Assembly (NCBI RefSeq): GCF_001447785.1
Contig: NW_015170896.1
Span: 108,575-165,752, forward strand
Source of the DNA: Gekko japonicus
Taxonomy: Eukaryota
DNA length: 57,178 nucleotides
Reading direction: 5' to 3'
Part shown: one piece after another, positions 24,056-35,897 of the stretch
Layout: the number at the start of each line of letters is the position of its first letter
Position numbering within the stretch: position 1 is the first letter of the stretch
The notes under the pieces: model-generated
The model's input: the letters and a program-made list of their open reading frames with translations, nothing else
Told to the model about the DNA's origin: nothing
Database searches by the model: none
Position numbers and translations under genes: made by a program

Positions 24056-27000
24056 GAGTTGGTAGAACAGAAACATTGAATTACCAAAGGAAAGCACCAA
24101 GGTCATCCTGGGGAATCGGTGGCAGCCAAGCCTGGCCTCCTCTGAGGGCCAGGATATTGTGTCCTCCTTTTCTCTTTCTCGACCTCAGGCCTGCCCGTCA
24201 GAACCTCTCCTTCTCCCCTCCCCTTTCCTTCTCACCCCTGCTGGATTCCCCATCTGCTACTGCAATATGCTCCTTCGCTCCTTTTGAGCAGAAGAGGCCA
24301 TTCCTGCGCTAACGCTGGAGTCCCACAAGGGGGTGGTGGGATTGCTGCTGCCAAGATGGCGGCAGAGAGGAAGAGGCCAAGATCACCACAGGCGTTGGGG
24401 GCAAGACCGACTAGGTTAGACAGAGAACTGGGATTTGAGGGGTTCTCAAGGGGGGGGGGAAGAGAGGTCCCCAGCAAGTAAGAGGCTGGGAAAGGTCTCC
24501 TCTTTCTGGCTTTTCAGTTCATTCTCTACTTGACCTTGCCTCCGTTTCTGTATCCCCCCCCCCAATCCCTTCTGAAATCAGATATAAGAACAATATTCTT
24601 TGGCTTTTCCATGTATTCTGTTCCCTTCCCCGCGATTTTCTTCCCCAGGAGGCATAATTCATTATTCTACCAAAATGATTTGGGACTCCCAGCGCTGTTA
24701 GAAGGAGGACCCAGATTCCCTCTTCCTCATTAATTGTGCGGGGNNNNNNNNNNNNNNNNNNNNNNNNNNNNNNNNNNNNNNNNNNNNNNNNNNNNNNGAC
24801 TACCAGCCCTGCTTCCTGATATAGACCGAAGTGTTCGGAATATTATTGGAGGGGACAGTTAAGGATGTACAACTGGGTCAGGAATTCTAGATGGTCTCCA
24901 GACAGATTTGTCCGTTGGGACCTCAAAAGACCTCCCCAGAATGGAGGTGGGGGAGGTCCTTAGAAGCAGGCTCAGAGCTGTGAAGATGTGATTTATTCCC
25001 CATATTCTGTGGGGGGTTTTTTCATATAGCCAGTCNNNNNNNNNNNNNNNNNNNNNNNNNNNNNNNNNNNNNNNNNNNNNNNNNNNNNNNNNNNNNNNNN
25101 NNNNNNNNNNNNNNNNNNNNNNNNNNNNNNNNNNNNNNNNNNNCCCCCCCCCAATCCTGGCCACCGCACTGCGCTGCAAAAGAGATTGTAGGGTTTGTGT
25201 GCAGAAAGTGCTGACGGGACGGGAATTCTGTGCAGTGCAGAGATCCAGCAAAAGGAAAAGAAAGCCGCCAGCTTGCCCTGAAGCGGGGTTTGTGGCTAGA
25301 GTAGGTTCTGTGTACACTAGGTCGATGCCTCAGTGTGTGTGTGTGTGGTGTGTTTCTGTGTACGCATTCATATGAGCAGGGAAATGTGTGCCTTGTACAA
25401 GGATGTATTTATCTGCATTGTGGGAAAGCACAACCGGTGTGCACAGTAAACGTACGTCAGGGTTATGTGCATCTGGGGTGACATGCCCAAGTGTGTGTAC
25501 GCATGCATACATGTATGGAAAAATGCTTGGCTCTGAGTGTGTGCGTGTGCATGCATTGCTGCCTGGGAAATTAGTGTGTGATGCACATAGAGGCATATCT
25601 GGGTACACACCTGTATACAGCGGCAGTTTTAAAACCAGAGGGGTATGCCTGTGTATGTGTGCACATACGTGGGCATGCACAGACAAGTCCATCCACCTCT
25701 ATGGTCTATCTGTTTAAGTAGCATACAGGTCATGTGTGTGTACGTGCAGGCACATGCAAAAGTCTGTTTGTGTACCAGCCAAAAATTGGAATGCGTTTAT
25801 GTGTGCTTGGTTAAGGGAAGTATGTATTTGTGTGTATTTGTATTTGAATGGGCGCACTTGCAGGGCATGAATGCAGTGCAGGGCATGATTAAGCCTGCTT
25901 AAATTACACCGAAAAGCAGCCCACGAAACAGTGGGTTATTTTTCACTCTGAATCCTGCAAGGCCGGGGCTCTTGAGGGAGTTTGAATGGCAGGCGTCTTT
26001 CAAGGAAGGGGGAGGAGGGAAGCGGTCCGGGGTTTGCTATTTTATTTTTGGTTTTAACTGAAAATGTTTTTACACTATTATTGTTAGGCACCTTGAGCCA
26101 CAAGGAAAGGTGGGATATAAATGTTTGATAAATAAATAAAATAAAAAAGCTTGCCTGGTGGGTAGAGTGTACACATTTGCACAGTGTGTTCATGCACAAT
26201 TACAGACATATGTGTATGCACAGTTGTCTGTGACTATACACATTTGGGGTGGAAGGAGCATCTGATTGGGAGTTACTTGTGTGTAGGGACTTGATTGGGG
26301 TTGTGTAACTGCATGTAGCATTGAAGGCCGAAGCTGAATAAGTTAGGAGGATCCAGGCTCAAATCCCCACCATGAAAGGATCTGGGTGACCTTGGGCCCG
26401 TCACTCACTCTCAGCCTGACCTTCCTCACAGGGTTGTTGTGAGGTCAAGAGAACCACATACATTGCCCTGAGCTCCTTGCAGAAGGGGCAGCGGGAAAAT
26501 GGAAGAGGTAGACATGAGTTCGTAGGTGAGAGAGAAGGATGATGATGGTGTATCTATGTATATGTGCAAGTATGAGTATGCACGTACACTTAAAAATAAT
26601 CATACGGTTTTCAGAAGGTCATGAGGGACATGTGTGTATACTACATGGGAAAACATGTTGGGTGCCAATGTGCAAGCAGATTTAGTCATACGCCTAGGTC
26701 AATACAAGGTGTGAGAGACTCTATTTAGAAGAATGCCTGAGAGGTTGCACACACAACTGTTGCACTGCGGAGAGTGCGTGGCTGCGTGACTGGAGAGCTG
26801 TATGCGTGTGCACATACCTAGAGAATCTGCTTCTGAGAAGAGTCCTGAGCCTGAGAGTGGCAAAGCATTTTTTTTTACGACCTGCCAACTGCGTATACAT
26901 TGTGCCTACCCAGCACTCCCTGAACGATTAGAGGTTTGTGTGTGTTTGTGAGTGTGTGTGCGTTTCCAGTGAGGAATATGAGTGAACAGAGAATTTTGTT

Positions 27001-28193
27001 CGGTGTGCACGTGACCATTTGCGTCATTGCTTTTTCTGCATGGGTTTTTTTATCAAGGTGCTGAAATGAACAAAAGAGCGTAACAGAGGGCTTCAAGATG
27101 CTGACCGCCCTGCCCAGCAGTGCAGCCATGAGGCAGGGGGTGGGGGTGGGGGGAGAGCCCCGGCACTTTTTATTTCCTTACTCCAAATACACAGACCAGG
27201 ATTGCTAAAAAATATGAGTGGTGCAAAATGGCCGGGGTGAAAGTACGAAGGGGGAGGGGGTAAAGTGGCGGTACATCTCTCCCCCCCCCCATGTTTTCTG
27301 ATGAAAACTGGGCAAAGAATGTCAGGAGACTCACTTTATCTAATGCTGAAATAACCGGCCTGTCTACCGTTCGGGGGACCAGGAAAACCAGGCCACGCTT
27401 GGGCAAAGTAGGGGGTCTCTGTGGGCTCAGGAAACCCTCCCCCAGGTATGCAGAAAAAAATATACCTTTGAAAATTAACCAACAGAAAAGGAAATCTAGA
27501 AAGGGCCTGATGAGGTCAGTGTGGGGCAGGAGGATGGACTGTCTGACAGCCGGGGAGAGTCAGTGTGTGTGGGGGGGTGGACTTTGGCTGCTCCTGACGG
27601 GAGAAATTTTTGCGGGGGGGGGGGCATTGGAGTGAATTTCCACATTGTTCTCCTTTTCCTTGCAGGCGGCAGGCCCTCTCAGTGTATTATTCCCAGTGGT
27701 AAAAAACGGTAAAAGCACAGTGGGAATAGCCATGGGGAGGTGTCTACATATTGGGGAAACTTCCAGGAAGGCAGGAAAAAAAAATGTTTGTTTGTGTCAG
27801 GGAATTTTTTTCTCCTCTTGAGTGGGGTATGCCAAAATATTTCTGCATCCTCCCTAAAGGAGAGGGGAAATCGCCCCACCCCCCCAGGCAGGTTGAGTAG
27901 TGGACATGCAAGGAGTCTTTACTGCTGTCAGGGATGAAGAAAGTCCCCGTAGTGCTGTTATTGGAAGTGGGATGGGAGGGAGGGAGGGAGGGAGGGACAG
28001 GCTCCTGGTCTTCCCCCACCCTTTCCCAGAACATGCTGTTGTCCCCATAGCTTTATAAAAAGGCTGGATCTGAGCTCTGGCAGCTGCAAGCCCCAATCCG
28101 GCGGTTTCCCTCGTTCCTGCCACCCCTCCCAACAAAAGTGTTATAAATCTGTTGTCCCGTAGAATTTCAAAGTGCTTTTGTCCAGGAGGAGAT

Positions 28194-28478
28194 GAGGAAG
28201 AAGAAGAGATTGGATTTATACCCCGTCCTTCACTACCCAAAGGTGTCTCAGAGTGGCTTACACACTCCTTTCCCTTCCCCTCCCCACAACAGACACCCTG
28301 TGAGGTAGGCGGGGCTGAGAGAGCTCTTGACAGAAACTGCCCTTTTTCAAGGACAGCTCTTGTCAGAACTACGGCTTGTCCAAGGTCATCCAGCCAGGTG
28401 CAAGTGGAGGAGTGGGGAATCAAACCCGGCTCTCCCAGATTAGAGTCCGTGCACTTAACCACTACACCAAACTGGCTC
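28194..28478 (-). mobile_element. tRNA-derived SINE, Squam3-like
   Basis: Head GAGCCAGTTTGGTGTAGTGGTTAAG...GGGTTTGATTCCCC (A/B boxes), (TTC)n tail; four similar copies in the window. Confidence 0.75.
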
Positions 28479-28519
28479 TTTAGCGGGCAGCGGGCAGCAA
28501 ATTGCAATGGGAAAGTACA

Positions 28520-28722
28520 AGAGTGGAGGTGGTGGGAAGTGCTGTCGAGTCACAGTTGACTTAAAACAAGAGATGTTCAGATGTGACGTGCCATTGCTTG
28601 CCTCTGTGTAGGGACCCTGGACTTCCTTGGTGGTCTCCCATCCAAATATGAACCTGGACCAACCCTGCTTAGCTTCTGAGATATAACGAGGTCCAGCTAG
28701 CCTGAGCCACCCAGGTCAGGGC
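28520..28722 (-). mobile_element. 5S-headed SINE
   Basis: Reverse complement of TCTCAGAAGCTAAGCAGGGTTGG...TTGGATGGGAGACCACC. Confidence 0.7.
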
Positions 28723-29161
28723 AAGAGCAAATGGAGCCTGACGAAAGTTCGGATTGAGACCCTGGAGGCTCTAAGGCCCATCTTAAGCCACTGCAAGGTC
28801 AGGGGACAGTTGCCTCATTTACACTGTGGTTCTTGGATTGGAGGCAGGAAGGGGGCAGCCTTTCTCCCCCTGCTGTTTCCCAGCAAAAGTACCGTGGGGT
28901 TGTTTTCATTGTGGTTGGGGAGTCTGACCAGAATCTTGGAGATCTGGATTCAAGTCCCCATGAAACTCACCAGGTGACCTTGGGCCAGTCACGGTCTTTC
29001 ATCCTTGCACAACAGGGTGGTTGTGAAGGTGAGATAGGCAAAGGAGAGCCATTGACTGAATTCCTTGGAGGAAGAGTGGGATAAAGATGTACCAGACAGA
29101 TAGATGGAGCTTCCACTCCCAAATCCAAGCCTTTGCATGTCTAGAGGGGAATTACCCTATA

Positions 29162-29355
29162 CAGGGGTCATTTCGTAGAAAAAGAGCTAGGGGGACTCAT
29201 TAGCATATGCCACACCCCCTGACATCACCGGAAGTCTGTCCTCCCCACAGCTGGCGGCGACCTCCAGCGGACACCAGCAGGGAGCTCCAGGCCCCGCCCT
29301 CCCGCACCTCACCCGGGGGGATGGCGTCCCCCCGCGTCCCCCCCAATGACCCCTG
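29162..29355. mobile_element. hAT MITE family C
   Basis: TIRs CAGGGGTCATT / AATGACCCCTG; perfect 8-bp TSD ACCCTATA. Confidence 0.85.
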
Positions 29356-29794
29356 ACCCTATAGCAGATTTGGTTGGAGGAGGTAGGGAATTTGGTTCCC
29401 TCACTGCAGCAATCTCAATACACCTATAGCAATTTTTTTGTGGGTCTGTAAATCAGTAAAATAATTTTAAAAAATAAATGGTATTTTTACACAATAGTCT
29501 ATGTATGCTGTTACTGCATTCTGTTTACTATTGAAAATTAATAAAAATATTATTTAATAAAAAAAATAAACAGTCTCCCTAGGTCCACTTCATTGTTCAC
29601 CACAATCATTGTTGATTGTTTAGGCTCGGAAATATTATAAAAATTCACATAACAGTGTACATACAAAGTGCAATTAAGTGCAGATGGCGATTGCTGCATA
29701 GTGGTCCAATGTACTTGAGCCAGTATCCTTAGTAGTTCTTCATGCCATTAGCGTGAGGGCCATAGCAATTCGGTTTTTAATAGTTCATCAGTGG

Positions 29795-30295
29795 TGGCTC
29801 CTAATTGAAGGCCTGGTGGAAGAGCTCTGTCTTACTGTAAGAGGTCCCGCAGGGCCCTGATGTCTTCTGGGAGCTCATTCCACTAGTATGGAGCCACCAC
29901 TGAAAAGGCCCTAGCTCTGGTAGAGGCCAATCTGGCGCCTTTCGGACCAGGGAGAGTCAGGCGGTTCTGCGACCCTGACCTCAGTGCTCTCTGGGGGACA
30001 TATGGGGAAAGGCGGTCCCTCAGGTAGGCAGGCCCCTGACCATATAAGGCTTTAAAGGTCAGAACCAGGATCTTGAAGCGAATCTGGTATGCTATTGGCA
30101 GCTAGTGCAATGCCTTCAGCACAGGCCGGATGTGACCTCGTATAGGGAGACCCATCAACAGCCTGGCTGCTTCATTTTGCACCAGCTGCAGCTTCCAGAT
30201 TTGGGACAAGGGCAGCCCCATGTAGAGAGCATTGCAGTAGTCCAATCTCGAGGTGACCATAGCATATAGTAGTCCAATCTCGAGGTGACCAGAGC
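29795..30295 (-). mobile_element. L2-clade LINE ORF2 fragment
   Basis: Minus strand encodes AMVTSRLDYCNALYMGLPL (SRLDYCN motif). Confidence 0.8.
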
Positions 30296-30565
30296 ACTCT
30301 AGTCAATAATTGCTAAGAATGTTTTTGTGTTGTGGGATTTATAAATGTTTTTAAATTTGTTTTATATCAGCGTTTGCCACTTGTAAGCTGCCCTGAGCCC
30401 GCATTGCGGGGAGGGTGGGGTATAAATTGAATTAAATAAATAAATAAATAAATATGGTAGCTTGCATAATATGGAGTGGTCTTGGTGCGTGTATTTATTT
30501 GTAAGAGAGTGTGCGTGAGGGAATGGGCTGGGCCATGACTAGAGTACAAAGTCTCAGGCCCATTA

Positions 30566-31094
30566 ATTATATATGTGGGCCTTTACATCCCACTGTTAAT
30601 GTTAACCTAAAGTGCACAAGGTTGGCTTGGCTGGTAAAGTAGTTCTGCCATCTTCATTGTGTGCACCCATAACCTGGCCATGTCATGCACACAGACTCCT
30701 GGATTCTGGAATATTCTCTGTGAAGCCTGCCTCAGTCTGACCAACTGCGGCTTCACTGTCCCTGAATGTTAAGGGGTTTCTTCTGTGCCAATAGTCAATG
30801 GACCCTCCCCTCAAATCCCTGCAAATGGACTTTGCATTATATATGTGGGCCTTTACATCTCACTGTTAACCTAAAGTGCACAAGGTTGGCTGGTAAAGTA
30901 GTTCTGCCATCTTCATTGTGTGCACCCATAACCTGGCTATGTCATGCACACAGACTCCTAGATTCTGGAACATTCTCTGTGAACCCTGCCTCAGTCTGAC
31001 CAATTGCAGCTTCACTGTCCCTGAATGTTAAGGGGGTTCTTCTGTGGCAAATAGTCAATGGACTCTCCCCTCAAATCCCTGCAAATGGACTTTG
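30566..31094. repeat. Tandem duplication, 2 x ~265 bp
   Basis: Units start ATTATATATGTGGGCC at 30566 and 30836. Confidence 0.92.
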
Positions 31095-31484
31095 TTAGTC
31101 ATCCATTTGTGCTTAGGAAAGCAGATGTCACACCCTGAGAAACCTGGTTCTCAAGAAATAATGAATCATTACTAAGGTTTTTGGTTCCTCATTTTTGACC
31201 TTTCCTTCTCCCATCTGCCTCCAAATACAGCAAAATGAGATGAGATAGTCCTGGACGGGGTGGGGTGGGGTGGAATATCAGTTTTGAATGCGTCAGTTCC
31301 TCACATTTTAAAACAAATCCATGCAAGAAGAAAACAGATCAGAGGGATTCAAGCCTACCCTTCTCTCTTGTGCATTAGTTTTCTGCTTGCAGGGTTTATT
31401 TAAAGCTGAGTGTAGCATTCAAAAATGGAGTTCCTCCATCTGCTCTCTGAAGCTGTACTGTCCGTTCTATACCTCAGGACTCTA

Positions 31485-31760
31485 CCAGTTTGGTGTAGTA
31501 GTTAAGCCAATTTGGTGTAGTGGTTAAGTGCACGGACTCTAATCTGGGAGAACCGGGGTTGATTCCCCACTCCTCCACTTGTACCTGGCCGGATGACCTT
31601 GGACAAGCCGTAGTTCTGACAAGAGCTGTTCTTGAAAAAGAGCAGTTTATGTCAAGAGCTCCCTGAGCCCCACCTACCTCACAGGGTGTCTGTTGTGGGG
31701 AGGGGAAGGGAAAGGAGTAATGAAGGGTGGGGCATAAATCCAATCTCTTCTTTTTCTTCT
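31485..31760 (+). mobile_element. Squam3-like SINE
   Basis: Same family as 28194; locally duplicated head. Confidence 0.75.
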
Positions 31761-32070
31761 ACCACCTCATTCTGTTTAATGTGTAGATCTCCTCCTCGTC
31801 CTCCCTTCTTCTTCTCCTTCTTCTTCTTCTCCTTCTTCTTCTCCTTCTTCTTCTTCTTATTATTATTGAATCACCCAATCCCTGCTATTTTAGGGATCTA
31901 GGTGATGTACAACATATAAAAATATATCAGTCTTAGCTTTGCACACAGGTGTTTACAGTTGCTGGAATGAGGGAAGAGAAGAATAAGAAATGAGAGAGGG
32001 TGGTGGGAATTGTTGCTTGAATTCAGATATGTTCCACTGTAGAAGATATGCCTCTATTTCTGGTAGAATC

Positions 32071-32120
<50 letters not shown>

Positions 32121-32131
32121 TAATAGTAATA
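32071..32131. repeat. (AAT)n microsatellite
   Basis: Direct reading. Confidence 0.92.
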
Positions 32132-32708
32132 ACTGTAGTTCTTTCAGGTATTCACAGCAGTTCACATACATTATCTTTCTGAAATCCGTCTGACAACGCT
32201 GTGAGAAAGGTTGGGAGCGAGCAGGTTATAATGGTTAGAGCATTCAGCTAGGATCTGGGAGAGCCAGTTTTGAATCTCCACTCTTCCCCTGCAGCTTTCT
32301 GGTCGACCTGGGGCCAGTCTCTGTTTTTCATCCTAACCTACCTTACAGAACTGTTGTTGTGAGGGTAGAAAGGAGAAGAACATTATGTTGGGTCCACCGT
32401 GGGGAGAAAAGCAGAGTATAATTATTGAAATAATTAAAAGTTGGGATAATTATTCTAGTACTGGCGATGGTGGTGGTGGGGAGTTGAGGGAAAGTGGCTT
32501 TCCTAAGACCATCTCGGGAGGTCATCAGACCGAGGACTTTCTGATTCAGAAACCAGCCTCTTAGCTGCTATCCTGCACCAGCCAAGTAAACACTAACAGT
32601 TCTCTTTCCTGTCTTTTCCTGTCACACACACCCCCCTTTCCCGTTGCTGTTTTCTTTCTGTCTGTCTCCTCTCTGTGCCCGACCCTCCCCCCTGCTCCCC
32701 CTCTCCAG

Positions 32709-33642
32709 TATGTGGCCTTTGCCTCCCTCTTCTTCATCCTCATCTCCATCACCACCTTCTGCCTGGAGACCCATGAGACCTTCAACCGCATCATCAACAA
32801 GACGGAGATCATCCAGTCGGAGAATGGGACCAGCATGAAGGTGGACTTAGAGATGGTGACGGCGCCTTTCCTCACCTATGTGGAAGGGATGTGTGTCATT
32901 TGGTTCACCTTTGAGTTCCTCATGCGCGTCTTGTTTTGCCCAGATAAGATGGAGTTCATCAAGAGCACCCTCAACATTATCGATTTTGTGGCCATCCTGC
33001 CTTTCTATCTGGAGGTAGGTCTCAGCGGCCTCTCGTCCAAAGCCGCCAAAGACGTGCTGGGCTTCCTGAGGGTGGTCAGGTTTGTTCGGATCCTGAGGAT
33101 CTTCAAGCTGACAAGGCATTTTGTAGGACTGAGAGTCCTCGGCCACACGTTGAGGGCCAGCACCAACGAGTTCTTGCTCCTCATCATCTTCTTGGCCCTG
33201 GGGGTCTTGATCTTTGCCACCATGATCTACTACGCTGAAAGGATCGGGGCCGACCCGGCCGACATCACGGGCAGCAAGCATACCGTCTTCAAGAACATCC
33301 CCATTGGGTTCTGGTGGGCGGTGGTGACTATGACGACTTTGGGCTATGGTGACATGTACCCGGAGACTTGGTCAGGCATGTTGGTGGGCGCCCTGTGCGC
33401 CTTGGCAGGCGTATTGACCATTGCCATGCCTGTGCCAGTCATTGTCAACAACTTTGGCATGTATTATTCACTGGCCATGGCCAAGCAGAAACTACCAAAG
33501 AAAAAAAACAAGCACATCCCACGAGCCCCCCAGCCTGGATCACCCAACTACTGCAAACCGGGCATGCAGTCTCCACACCGCAGCAACCAGGGTGACTCGT
33601 GCCCCCTTGCTCAAGAGGAGATCATCGAGATCAACAGGGCAG
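32709..33642 (+). CDS. KCNC3: KCNC3 coding exon 2: S1-S6, pore and proximal C-terminus
   Basis: Long pyrimidine tract plus CAG|TAT acceptor. Encodes YVAFASLFF (S1), NKT/NGT sequons, S4 [19 protein letters not shown], pore [13 protein letters not shown]6 [10 protein letters not shown] and [11 protein letters not shown]. Donor G|GTAAGG at 33643 (phase 1). Confidence 0.97.
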
Positions 33643-33990
33643 GTAAGGGGGATGCTGGCGGGTGGGCCTCTTAATCTGAGGGTAGGGACTTCTTTCTGCT
33701 TTGGCTCATCTCCTGAGAACCTCAGCATCCAATGTAGCAAGGCACTTTCTAGAAGACACCCTTGTTCACTTGGGGTGTTGGCCACATCTTTTTGGTCTCA
33801 CCTTAGAGGTGCATTCTAGAATGCTTCCTGTACCTCTCTTTTAAGTGTTCTTCCTCTGTACATTGCCAAGGGCGATTATGGTGGACCAGTTATCTTTCAG
33901 GGAAGCTTGTTCGCTATCATAAAATTTTGAGCATTTGGAAGCATTTTCACATACCTGCTGTCATTGTGCTGTTTGCGGCAACCCTTTCGT

Positions 33991-34075
33991 CTGACAAAAA
34001 AGGGAGCTCTGGCCCTTGAAAGCTTATACCTCGCAAAATGTGGTTGGTCTCTAAGATGCTACTGGAATCGAATGT
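33991..34075 (+). mobile_element. Penelope-like terminal-repeat fragment with a decayed minimal hammerhead motif
   Basis: CTGAC-AAAA-AAGGG...CCCTT-GAAA-GCTTA followed by GTTGGTCTCTAAGATGCTACTGGA, related to 52978-53073. Confidence 0.55.
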
Positions 34076-34497
34076 AGCCCTTTTAAGGTAGGTTGGTGTC
34101 ATCACCATATTGTAGATGAGGGTCGGTGCTAAGAGGGAGTGACGTCCCTCCCAAGTGCTGCCTAGTGATTTTACATTGGAAGCAGTACTAGTGACTTCCA
34201 GCTCTCTATGGCTGGCTCTGCATGTCAAAAAAAGCTCTGCCACCATTTTCTCATTCAGAAATAGTGATAAAGCCACCAATGAACTCCAGGGGAATCTCTG
34301 GAACACAGTTTGAAAGCCACTGTTCCGACCCAGCTCAAATCCCGGAAAAATCCTTCCCTTGAGTTATCCCTGCCGCGAAAACAGGGGTTATACTTTGGGA
34401 GTCAGATTCTTTTTCTGATTTGGACTGAAGTCGGATCAGAGGATCTTGGATCCCACTCCCTGCCCCGTACTGTTTTTGTATTTGCTTGATATTATTA

Positions 34498-35000
34498 AAA
34501 AAGAAGAGAAGAAGAAGAGATTGGATTTATACCCTGCCCTTCACTACCCCAGAGTGGCTTACAAATTCCTTCCCTTTCTCCTCCCCACAACAGACACCTT
34601 GTGAGCAATGCTCCCTCTATGCTGTGGAGTCTTGTGAGCAAAAGTTTTACTTTGTGAGCTACTGGCAGTAAAGTTGTGAGCAAGCAATTTGGCTACTGCA
34701 TAAAGTAGTTTGCTCTGGAGCCATCCTTCCTGAACTAAGACAAAAATGCATGAGCTGGAGGCTAAAAAACTGTGAGCTAGCTCACACTAACTCAGCTTAG
34801 AGGGAACACTGCCTGTGAGGTAGGTGGGGCTGAGAGAGCTCTGACAGAAACTGCTCTTTTTCAAGAACAGCTGTGCCAGAACTATGGCTTGCCCAAGGTC
34901 ATCCAGCAGGTGCAAATGGAGGAGTGGGGAACACAACCCGGTTCACCCAGATTAGAGTCTGCACACTTAACCACTACACCAAACTTAACCACTACACCAA
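34498..35000 (-). mobile_element. Squam3-like SINE interrupted by a hAT MITE
   Basis: SINE halves on either side of the MITE at 34606-34811. Confidence 0.75.
34606..34811 (-). mobile_element. hAT MITE family A copy
   Basis: TIRs; TSD CTTGTGAG/CCTGTGAG. Confidence 0.88.
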
Positions 35001-35444
35001 AAGAGGTCGAAAGGTGGGGATACGGGTGATTCCGAACCGAATGGGCTGGATTATTATCCTGAGTTTTCATGGACTGGTTTGCACATATGTGTCTTCCTCG
35101 CTTGGTGACTACCACCACTTGTGAAAAGGGCCTTATGTGATAGAACTTCCTTATCCTCTCAGGTACAGAGTCGGGTTCATACTGAGTTTTCTGTCAGCAG
35201 AATGGAACTTTCCTGTCCCTCCTCCCACTGTAGCCCACCGATCTCTATGCAGTGCGGCCCCTGGGGGATCGGGGACCCAGAGGAATGACATCAGGAGGAA
35301 CTGCATCAGGAAGGGGTAGTCAGTGGAAATTGCCAGTTTAGTCCAGTCCACAGTGCTGGAATTACCCACTGAGTCTATTCACCCATAAGGCTGCCAGCCG
35401 TTGTGACTATAGCAATTGCAGGCCACTAATGCAATGTAATGCAA

Positions 35445-35791
35445 GCTGCGGTGGCTCAAGTGGTTAAGATGCTGAACTGCAGGCTGTGGAAGGTCGGTAG
35501 GTCAGCAGTTCGAGCCCTGAGTGTGCCGCATGACGGAGTGAGCCCCCGTCTCTAGTTCCAGCTCCTGCCAACCTAGCAGTTTGAAAGCAAGAAATTGCAA
35601 GGAGATAAATAGGTACCACTTTGGTGGGAAGGTAACAGCGTTCCGTGCGCCTTGGTGTTTAGTCATGCCGGCCACATGACCACGGAAACGTCTTCGGACA
35701 GCGCTGGCTCTTCGGCGTTGAAACGGAGATGAGCACCGCAACCCTAGAGTCGGATTCGACTGGCTTTCGAGCAAGGGAAACCTTTACCTTT
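35445..35791 (+). mobile_element. Sauria SINE, full length
   Basis: tRNA head (GTGGCTCAAGTGG, GTTCGAGCCC), CTCCTGCCAACCTAGCAGTT...AAATAGGTACCAC body, (ACCTTT)n tail, TSD-like TAATGCAATGTA. Confidence 0.88.
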
Positions 35792-35897
35792 AATGCAATG
35801 TATGTGCATGTGTGCTTGTGAGCACCTTTGTGTGTGTGAACCATTCTGAGGTTTCCAGTGTATTCTGTGTGTCTCTCCAGTTCCACTTGAGTACAGG

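Noticed and set aside
35445-35520. tRNA gene
   Set aside because: The A/B boxes belong to a Sauria SINE head; no complete cloverleaf.
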